From Candidatus Latescibacterota bacterium (GTDB lineage Bacteria > Latescibacterota > UBA2968 > GCA-2709665), in contig CBDCOX010000002.1 of NCBI GenBank assembly GCA_965219995.1, forward strand, positions 3,776,001 to 3,840,000: a stretch of 64,000 nt of DNA. Reading direction: 5' to 3'. Positions 29,014-36,623 of this stretch are shown here, in pieces. Numbering within the stretch: the first letter of the stretch is position 1; each line of letters begins with the position of its first letter. A model generated the notes under the pieces. It searched no databases. It worked only from the letters and a program-made list of their open reading frames with translations, and was not told the DNA's origin. A program made the position numbers and the translations under genes.

Positions 29014-29691
29014 GTGACACCGCCCGTCACCACGATTTTCTTCGACGCTTACGAGACCCTTCTGGCGGGCGCCATGGAAGAACTCCATTCCCTGTGCGAC
29101 CGCATCGTCCGGGAACAGGACCTCGATCTGTCCGGGCGGGATTTCTTCGAGGCCTGGGACCGGTTATTTTTTCCGCTTCTCGAGGGCGAGACTTTCTTTA
29201 CGATGCGGCAAGCCCATCTGATCAGCCTCGAACAGACGCTCGAGAGCTTCGGCAGACACGTTTCTTTCGTGCACTACACCGACGACATTTTTGCGACCTT
29301 CTCGGAGGTGCCCGTCTTCGATGACGTCATGCCCGCGCTGGCCGGTCTTGAGTCGTTCCGGACAGGGGTGGTCTCCAATGCCGATCACGGTCACCTGACC
29401 CGCGCGCTCAGGAAAAACAACCTGGCGTTTCCCGTGGTCGTCAGTTCCGAGTCCGCACGCGCCTACAAACCCGCGCCCGGCATCTTCCACGAAGCCCTGC
29501 GGCTGATCGGCAGCCGTCCGGAAGAGACCCTCTACGTGGGCGATTCCCAGGACGACGACATCGTCGGCGCGCGGCGGGCGGGCATCCGCGTGGCGTGGCT
29601 GAACCGTAACGGTGAAGCACTCAGGCCGGACATTCCGGAACCGGACCACGAGATATCCAGCCTGCGGGAGGTTCCCGGTCTCGCTGCATGA
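29014..29691 (+). CDS. HAD-superfamily hydrolase (subfamily IA, dehalogenase II-like)
   Basis: FFDAYETL, VSN, YKPAPGIF and VGDSQDDD motifs. Confidence 0.9.
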   Translation: MTPPVTTIFFDAYETLLAGAMEELHSLCDRIVREQDLDLSGRDFFEAWDRLFFPLLEGETFFTMRQAHLISLEQTLESFGRHVSFVHYTDDIFATFSEVPVFDDVMPALAGLESFRTGVVSNADHGHLTRALRKNNLAFPVVVSSESARAYKPAPGIFHEALRLIGSRPEETLYVGDSQDDDIVGARRAGIRVAWLNRNGEALRPDIPEPDHEISSLREVPGLAA

Positions 29692-29825
29692 ATCCCGGCG
29701 ACCCTCAGGATTGTTCCGGCTTCCGTATGCCGGATCTCCCCGTTTTGCCTCTTGCCGCAAGTGTTTCCCAATCCGCGAAACGTAACGCCTCCCGCCCCGA
29801 AGCGTGCTCGTCACCAGCAATAAGA

Positions 29826-29866
29826 CAGCCTGCAACGCATCTCCCGGGGAGGCGCATCGCAGGCTG
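29826..29866. terminator. Hairpin between convergent genes
   Basis: cagcctgc...ctccc / gggag...gcaggctg. Confidence 0.4.
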
Positions 29867-29894
29867 ATGGGTATGGTATCGATTCAGAAGCCGG

Positions 29895-30530
29895 CTACTT
29901 GTTCGGCTGCGGGGTGTACCTCAGGTACGGCTTGATGGTTGTAAATCCTTTGGGGAATTTTTCGACTGCCTCTTCGTCGGTCACCGCTGGAACGATGATG
30001 CAGTCTTCTCCGTCCTCCCAGTTGACGGGCGTTGCCACCTGGTGGTAGGCCGTGAGTTGCAGCGAGTCGATCACCCGCAGGATCTCGGCGAAATTCCGGC
30101 CGGTAGACGCGGGATAGGTCAACGTCAGTTTGACCTTCTTGTCCGGACCGATGACGAATACGGACCGGACCGTGGCCTTGTCGTCTTCGTTCGGGTGAAT
30201 CATATCGTACATGCTGGCCACCGTCTTGTCCGGGTCGGCAATCAGCGGGAAGTTTACCGTGGTGTTCTGGGTCTCGTTGATGTCGCTGACCCAGCCTCTG
30301 TGGTCATCCAGCGGGTCCACGCTCACGCCGATTACCTTGACGTCGCGCTTTGCAAACTCCGCCTTCAGCTTGGCTACCACGCCCAGTTCGGTGGTGCAGA
30401 CCGGCGTGAAGTCGGCGGGATGTGAGAACAGAACGCCCCAGGCGTCTCCCAGCCATTCGTGAAAGCGGACAGTACCTTCGGTTGTCTCCGCGGTAAAATC
30501 GGGTGCGTCGTCCCCCAATCGCAATGGCAT
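29895..30530 (-). CDS. 1-Cys peroxiredoxin (Prx6 family)
   Basis: FSHPADFTPVCTTE and YPASTGRNF motifs; start MPLRLGD after GAGGAGG. Confidence 0.95.
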   Translation of the reverse strand: MPLRLGDDAPDFTAETTEGTVRFHEWLGDAWGVLFSHPADFTPVCTTELGVVAKLKAEFAKRDVKVIGVSVDPLDDHRGWVSDINETQNTTVNFPLIADPDKTVASMYDMIHPNEDDKATVRSVFVIGPDKKVKLTLTYPASTGRNFAEILRVIDSLQLTAYHQVATPVNWEDGEDCIIVPAVTDEEAVEKFPKGFTTIKPYLRYTPQPNK

Positions 30531-30761
30531 GACATTCCTCCCTCTTTCATGTGTTTCGTTGAGATGTTCCGGTGAAACGAGAATTCCCGATAACCGGAAC
30601 GCCCGCAACGCGTTTTCGCAACCCTGAATCAGGTAACGGATCGGATATTAATAAAAGGCAACTGAAATATCAATGTCAAGCGATTTATTGAAAACCGGGA
30701 GCGTTCCGTCCGCTCTGCGCCGCGGACCCTGCCGTTGTCCCGCGTGATCGGAGAGACCTAG

Positions 30762-33212
30762 ATGCAAACCCATGCGCGCCTGGTAGTCATCGGCGCCGGC
30801 ATCGTCGGCTGCAGCACCGTCTACCATCTCACACGCCAGGGCTGGAAGGACATTGTGGTCCTGGACCAGGGGCCGCTCTTCGATACGGGCGGGTCGACAT
30901 CCCATGCGCCGGGGCTGGTGTTCCAGACCAACTTTTCGAAAACGATGACCGACCTGTCCCGGAACACGGTTGCCCTTTACAATTCGCTGAGCCTGGACGG
31001 ACAACCCTGTTTCCATCCTGTCGGCAGCTTCGAAGTCGCGTACACGCCCGAGCGGATGGAAGACCTGAAGCGTAAACTGGGCGCCGCCAAGTCCTGGAAC
31101 CTTGAAGCCCGTCTCACTTCGCCCGAAGAGACCCGGGCAATGCTCCCCCTGCTGGACGCCGGCCGAATCCACGGCGCATACTATGTGCCATCGGACGGCG
31201 TTGCGAAGGCCGTTCGCGCCTGCGAAGCCATGGCGCGAGCGTCGGAAACCGGCGCCGCGTTTCACGGAAGAACCACGGTGACCGGCATCGAGTTGGTCAA
31301 CGGCCGCGTCCGCGGGATTGACACCGACCGGGGCCGCATCGCCGCGGACCAGGTTTTGATCTGCGCGGGTATCTGGGGGCCGCGCATCGGGCGCCTGGCG
31401 GGCATCTCCATTCCGCTCACGCCCGTACAGCATCAATACGCGCTCACGGCGCCGCTTCCGGAACTGGCGGGAGAATCCCGGGAGGTCGTCCACCCGATCC
31501 TGCGCCACCAGGATTTTGCCATGTACTTCCGGCAGCAGGCCGACCGGTACGGCATCGGATCCTACAGGCACGAGCCGCTCCTGGTGAGACCGGACGAACT
31601 CCTCAGCCCGGACGAAGCCAGGCTCTCGCCCTCGATCATGGACTTCACGCCGGAACACTTCGCGGTTGCGCGAGAGGCTGCGGACGAGCTTATCCCCGCG
31701 TTGAAGCACGCGGGTCTCGACTACAGGATCAACGGACTCTTCTCCTTCACGCCGGACGGGTTGCCCCTGCTCGGTGAGTCCGTCGACGTTCGCGGGCTCT
31801 GGGTTGCCGAAGCCGTATGGATCACCCACGGCGGCGGCGTGGGGCAGGCCGTGGCGCAATGGATGGACTCGGGTGCGCCGGAAGTCGATCTCCGGGACGC
31901 CGATTTCAACCGCTTCGGCCCGCATGTCCACACCCGAGAATACGTCGAAGCCCGGGGAGCGCAGCAGTACCGCGAAGTTTACGATATCATCCATCCGCTG
32001 GAACAGATGGACCATCCGCGAGACCTGCGTCTCAGCCCATTTCATCCACGTCTGAAAGCACTGGATGCCGTGTTCTTCGAAGGCGCGGGATGGGAACGCC
32101 CGCAGTGGTTCGAAGCCAACAACGCCCTGCCGGACAAAGAAGCAGGTCTGCCGTCGCGAACCGGGTGGGAGGCGCGTTACTGGTCTCCCGTTCAGGGCGT
32201 CGAACACCGGGCCGTCCGAAACCGCGCCGGGCTGTGCGATATCACCCCATTCACGAAGATCGAAGTCACCGGCGCCGGCGCCCTGGATTTCCTCCAGCGC
32301 ATCGCCGCCAACCGGATGGACCGCCCCGTCGGAGCGGTGATCTATACGGCACTGCTCAATTCACGGGGAGGCATCGCCGCCGACCTGACCGTCACCCGCC
32401 TGGCTCCCGACCGGTTCATGGTTCTCACCGGGGCCGCCGCGGGGATGCGGGACCTGGCATGGATTTCCCGCCACGCCCGGGATGTGGTCGCCGTTCAGAT
32501 TTCCGATGTGACCTCGGCCTGGTGCGGCCTGGGCCTGTGGGGCCCCGAAGCCCGAAGGATCCTTCAAGGCGTCTGCAGCGACGATCTGACCAACCGGGCG
32601 TTCCCGTATTTTTCCGCCAGGTGGATCCAAATCGGGTCCATTCCCGCCCTCGCGCTGCGCATTTCCTACGTGGGGGAACTGGGATGGGAAATCTACGCGC
32701 CCGCTGAATTCGGGCTTCTGCTCTGGGACACGCTATGGGAGGCCGGACGCCCGCACGGGCTCGTCGCCCTCGGTGGGGGCGCGTTCGACTCGCTTCGCCT
32801 TGAAAAGGGGTATCGCCTCTGGGGGGCGGATATCCATACGGAATACAACCCCTACGAGGCCGGGCTCGGCTGGGCAGTCAGGTTCGACAAGGGTGACTTC
32901 CTGGGACGGGACGCCTTGTTGAAAATCCGCGATGAGGGTATCAACCGGAAGCTCTGCTGCCTCACCCTGGACGAGCCGGGCGTGGTTGTGATGGGGAAGG
33001 AACCCATACTGGACGGCAGCCGCGTACTCGGGTACATCACCAGCGCCAACCACGGGTACACCGTCGGTAGATTTATCGCCTACGGCTACCTCCCGCTGGA
33101 GTACGCGAAGCCGGGAACATCGATCGAAATCGAAACCTTCGGCAATCGCCATCGCGCCACCGTCTCGCGCGAACCGCTTTACGATCCCCAGGGCGAAAAG
33201 ATGAAATGCTGA
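30762..33212 (+). CDS. Dimethylglycine dehydrogenase/oxidase (FAD-dependent, GcvT domain)
   Basis: GAGIVG, GGSTSHAPG, FTPDG, AVWITH, YVGELGWEIY and SLRLEKGY motifs. Confidence 0.9.
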   Translation: MQTHARLVVIGAGIVGCSTVYHLTRQGWKDIVVLDQGPLFDTGGSTSHAPGLVFQTNFSKTMTDLSRNTVALYNSLSLDGQPCFHPVGSFEVAYTPERMEDLKRKLGAAKSWNLEARLTSPEETRAMLPLLDAGRIHGAYYVPSDGVAKAVRACEAMARASETGAAFHGRTTVTGIELVNGRVRGIDTDRGRIAADQVLICAGIWGPRIGRLAGISIPLTPVQHQYALTAPLPELAGESREVVHPILRHQDFAMYFRQQADRYGIGSYRHEPLLVRPDELLSPDEARLSPSIMDFTPEHFAVAREAADELIPALKHAGLDYRINGLFSFTPDGLPLLGESVDVRGLWVAEAVWITHGGGVGQAVAQWMDSGAPEVDLRDADFNRFGPHVHTREYVEARGAQQYREVYDIIHPLEQMDHPRDLRLSPFHPRLKALDAVFFEGAGWERPQWFEANNALPDKEAGLPSRTGWEARYWSPVQGVEHRAVRNRAGLCDITPFTKIEVTGAGALDFLQRIAANRMDRPVGAVIYTALLNSRGGIAADLTVTRLAPDRFMVLTGAAAGMRDLAWISRHARDVVAVQISDVTSAWCGLGLWGPEARRILQGVCSDDLTNRAFPYFSARWIQIGSIPALALRISYVGELGWEIYAPAEFGLLLWDTLWEAGRPHGLVALGGGAFDSLRLEKGYRLWGADIHTEYNPYEAGLGWAVRFDKGDFLGRDALLKIRDEGINRKLCCLTLDEPGVVVMGKEPILDGSRVLGYITSANHGYTVGRFIAYGYLPLEYAKPGTSIEIETFGNRHRATVSREPLYDPQGEKMKC

Positions 33213-33222
33213 CGCACCGACC

Positions 33223-33420
33223 GGGCGACCACAAGGGTCGCCCCTACGCAGTATGGCGGATTCGATTGGGTTGAGGGTGGCCGACGAAGGGGTTATGATC
33301 CCCCGGTATGGGGCAAATCGCCCAACCAGCTTCTTTAGGTGTGTTCTGGTAAATTCAACGCAATGGCTGTTGCCATTCGCGGAAGTACCAAAGGTGTAGG
33401 GGCGTCCCTTGTGGGCGCCC
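33223..33420. repeat. Inverted pair of GTAG-family REPs (left island border)
   Basis: gggcgaccacaagggtcgcccctac (33223-33247) and gtaggggcgtcccttgtgggcgccc (33396-33420). Confidence 0.85.
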
Positions 33421-33530
33421 TTGCAGTTTGATATGGTCACGCAGTGAAATGCGTCACCAACAACAAGACAAAACCCCCGAGCTTATTGAATGGCCCGGGG
33501 GTCACGAGTGCTTTATCTGGAAGGTTCGTT

Positions 33531-34010
33531 CTATTCCTTTTCGCTACTCTCTCTTTTCAGCAATAAACAGCCGGCTATCAAGTCGTGAAGGGCCTGTTTT
33601 CGTTCCGTAAAGGCCGCAAGCAGATAACCAATGTACGCGGTCATTCTGGAGAGCATCTTTGCAAAATGACGTCCGGAAGCTCGTCCGAAGGTAATTCGGT
33701 TCCCCTCGAGATCCGTGACTTTTATGCCGAGCGCCAATTTGCCCAACGTGGCTTGAAGACTGGAAGATTCCATTATGGCAAAGTAAAGCCAATCGAAGGA
33801 GAAAAGGCAAACCAAGAACCCGATCACGACGGTTGTGAAAAATGCATCTCCTACGAGAAATGTACCAGCCGTACCCGTACCGAAGGCATAGAACCAACCA
33901 CCGAAAGCAGCATAGATTCCAGCAAATGCGCCGGTGATCAGTTTATCGATGATCGCTGCTGCAAAACGCTGCCAGAATCTCGCATAGGTCATTTTCGCCT
34001 CCTTTGACAT
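33531..34010 (-). CDS. RDD family membrane protein
   Basis: YARFWQRFAAAIID, ATLGK and QALHD motifs; lower GC. Confidence 0.9.
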   Translation of the reverse strand: MSKEAKMTYARFWQRFAAAIIDKLITGAFAGIYAAFGGWFYAFGTGTAGTFLVGDAFFTTVVIGFLVCLFSFDWLYFAIMESSSLQATLGKLALGIKVTDLEGNRITFGRASGRHFAKMLSRMTAYIGYLLAAFTERKQALHDLIAGCLLLKRESSEKE

Positions 34011-34160
34011 CTACTGCCACCTCAAACCACGATTGCCGTGAGATTAGACAGCGCTATTTGATTATTAGTTTCAGGAATAAAACGGTTCCGTCGACGACAT
34101 ACTCAAGAGCCGTTCCGGTACCAGGATCGTCCGCTTAAGTGAAATGCTTGTCTAAACCCC

Positions 34161-34195
34161 TTGACTCGACTGCGAATATAGTCTATATTGGACTA
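34161..34195 (+). promoter_or_regulatory. Toxin-antitoxin promoter with overlapping palindromic operator
   Basis: TTGACT-17 bp-TATATT; palindromes aatatagtctatatt and tagtc-tatattg-gacta. Confidence 0.7.
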
Positions 34196-34217
34196 TTAAC
34201 CAACGAAGGGAGACGAT

Positions 34218-34502
34218 ATGACCATCCAATATCCCAAACCAGACCGGGTCTGGACGGTTGCGGAGGCTAAGGCGAGGCTGTCTGAAATCCTTCGTCTGTC
34301 CGAGGCGGAAGGCCCGCAGCGAATCGGCGCGCGAAAGGCTTTCGTTGTCGTGCCCGAGCATGTCTGGGAGGCTCAGTCGTCACCGCGAAAGCCGCTTGGC
34401 CAGTGGCTGATCGACAATATGCCGCGCGGCACGAATCTGGATATTCCTGTCGGTCGAACGTCCCGGCGGGAGATCCCGTTCGCTGATGGAGGCGCGGGAT
34501 GA
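34218..34502 (+). CDS. Phd/YefM-family antitoxin
   Basis: WTVAEAKARLSEIL...GPQRI; ATGA overlap with the PIN gene. Confidence 0.85.
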   Translation: MTIQYPKPDRVWTVAEAKARLSEILRLSEAEGPQRIGARKAFVVVPEHVWEAQSSPRKPLGQWLIDNMPRGTNLDIPVGRTSRREIPFADGGAG

Positions 34503-34918
34503 ACGGGTTTCTCGTGGACACCAACGTGGTCTCTGAACTCACCAGGACCGCGCCGGACGCGAATGTGGTGTCATTTCTGTCTGAACCGCACGATTTGTGG
34601 CTGTCGGCGGTGGTGGTGCATGAGTTGGAGTTCGGTTTGCTGCTATTGCCTCACGGACGACGGCGCGACGTTCTGCGCGCGGCGCTGTCGGGGATCATCG
34701 CGGACTACCAGGACCGCATTCTTCCCGTCGACAGAGCGGGCGCGGAATGGGCGGCTCACTTTCGAACGCAGGCGCATCGCGCCGGACGGGTGCTGGATCT
34801 GGGCGACGCGCTCATCGCCGGAACCGCCAGGGCCCACGATCTGTCCGTTGCAACGAGAAACGTCACGGATTTCAACGGCCTGGACGTCGACGTCACGAAT
34901 CCATGGGAAACACCGTGA
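34499..34918 (+). CDS. vapC: VapC-family PIN-domain toxin
   Basis: LVDTNVVSE, DALIAGTA and TRNVTDF motifs. Confidence 0.9.
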   Translation: MNGFLVDTNVVSELTRTAPDANVVSFLSEPHDLWLSAVVVHELEFGLLLLPHGRRRDVLRAALSGIIADYQDRILPVDRAGAEWAAHFRTQAHRAGRVLDLGDALIAGTARAHDLSVATRNVTDFNGLDVDVTNPWETP

Positions 34919-34941
34919 CCGGGAAAGAAAGGGCGACCACA

Positions 34942-35046
34942 ATGGAACCCGACAAGCCGTCGTGGGAGGAAACATACCGCGCCATGGCTGCCGCCGGCGA
35001 AGACTGGGGCGAATTCGACACAACGGTCGCAGACGGTTTGGAGTGA
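34942..35046 (+). pseudogene. 34-aa fragment resembling the acidic C-terminus of an AbrB/MazE-type antitoxin
   Basis: MEPDKPSWEETYRAMAAAGEDWGEFDTTVADGLE; no DNA-binding N-terminus and no cognate toxin downstream. Confidence 0.5.
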
Positions 35047-35071
35047 AGTCCGGATTTCCCAGGCTAATTGG

Positions 35072-35285
35072 CATCCACATCAGTGACGATGCAGTCCGGA
35101 ATGGCGCGCATTCCCGGAAATGCAGGGCCAATGTGGATGGGTTGCTGCGTTTTCCGAACGGATGGATCATCCGAGAGGCGGAATAGGGCGTTGACGGTCA
35201 CTTATGTCCCACAACGCCATTTGTCGGCCAATAACGATAAAAAGTGGCCAACAAACTACGTTGTCGGCAATGGGTGACCGGCAAC
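35072..35285. repeat. Two consecutive long imperfect hairpins
   Basis: catccacat/atgtggatg (35072-35139); gttgacggtcac...tttgtcggcca / tggccaacaaa...gtgaccggcaac (35190-35285). Confidence 0.7.
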
Positions 35286-35450
35286 CGTCGATGTGCACGC
35301 GCGCCCCGGTAGGTGGCTGAACACAGACATTTGCGACGAGGGTTGCCATTTCAGCGAACGATGCTGACAGAAATAATGAACTGCAGTTGGGGGCCGTCGA
35401 CTCCTCTTTGAGAAGGAATATACTGAATTAGGTAGATACGGAGTACCCAT

Positions 35451-36443
35451 TTGAACGAAAAAACACAAAAACGACTGGCACAACTGAACGCTGATTGCGA
35501 AAGGATATACGGCTCACCTGTTCGTCACTTCTTTTGTCCGATTCTCTATCTGGACGACGTTACTAAACTATGCGAAGCCCATTTGATCAATAAGGCATTT
35601 CGAGACTCTGCCCGGACTTGGACAATACAACGAGCCGATGTGGACTCCTTCTACGGAACGCTTTTCGAAGCAGACTTCGTAGCGATGCAAGAGAAGGGTC
35701 GGCACCGACCAGACGAAGTAGTCGCCGACAAAGACCTATCACGAATGCTAAAGCCGAAGATCGTCGTAAACGGCGAGGAAGTAGGTTATTATTTTCCGAA
35801 AGGTGCTGTCCCACCAAACCATTCGCTGATAAGGTTATTCACGCCAATAGGAATTGTCGAACTGGCCTTGAAGCGATCACCCGCGGCAATGCAAAATGCC
35901 GAGACTGAATGCTGGACGATTCACATTGAAAAGAATCTCAACCTTCCAGCGCTTGTGTCGCTTATAAAGGCTGCGCATCTGACGCTGTATCATCTGTGCG
36001 GGTACCGCCATGTTTTTTCGGGTTGTGGGTTCTTTCTCGGCAGGACAGTGCTGGGTGAGTTTTTCTTGAAAGCCCGGCATTTGGATCGAAAACGCGCCTT
36101 GGAATTGGCCAAAAACCACTTCTCGTCGCTTGCGAACATGGTGCGACCAGTGTTGGTGAACCCGAGTCATCTGGAAGGGACTCTAACGGACCAGATGCTT
36201 TATGTGTGCGTTAACGGCGATTGTTTTTGGGCGTTGATAATATTCGTTAGAACAGGAGACCATTTAAACGCCGTAATGGTACCAACAATGGACAATCACG
36301 AATCGGTTGTCCTATTTGATAAATTCCTCATGAAACCAACAAACACTGTCTGTGTACGTCGTACTCGATGGAACGGGGATGCGTGGCAACTAAATCCTGA
36401 AACCGAAAAATTCTATTGGCCCGTGGCGGAATTCTGCCCGTGA
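35451..36443 (+). CDS. Hypothetical protein with degenerate HNH-like N-terminus
   Basis: 330-aa low-GC ORF; FFCPIL...EAHLINKAF...DVDSFYG pattern. Confidence 0.65.
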   Translation: MNEKTQKRLAQLNADCERIYGSPVRHFFCPILYLDDVTKLCEAHLINKAFRDSARTWTIQRADVDSFYGTLFEADFVAMQEKGRHRPDEVVADKDLSRMLKPKIVVNGEEVGYYFPKGAVPPNHSLIRLFTPIGIVELALKRSPAAMQNAETECWTIHIEKNLNLPALVSLIKAAHLTLYHLCGYRHVFSGCGFFLGRTVLGEFFLKARHLDRKRALELAKNHFSSLANMVRPVLVNPSHLEGTLTDQMLYVCVNGDCFWALIIFVRTGDHLNAVMVPTMDNHESVVLFDKFLMKPTNTVCVRRTRWNGDAWQLNPETEKFYWPVAEFCP

Positions 36444-36623
36444 TCTTGCTCGGCCGTACTTAAGTTGAAATCAACTGGTGCGGTTAAGAGAACCCGTGGA
36501 CTGGGGATTTGGGAATAGGGTCGGGATGCATTGGACGAGAAGGGCTCACGGAAGTTGCCCTCTAACTGCATCCCGCATTTGTGGCCGTTTCATCGGCCAA
36601 ATCACGCGCGAGAATATATCAAT

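Noticed and set aside
30640-30690. Fur/PerR/OxyR box upstream of the peroxiredoxin
   Set aside because: AT-rich with a TTGACA on the minus strand, but no clear consensus palindrome or well-spaced -10
35190-35285. Canonical integron attC site
   Set aside because: The ends do not fit RYYYAAC/GTTRRRY, it does not directly follow a cassette ORF and no integrase is seen; kept only as an unexplained hairpin
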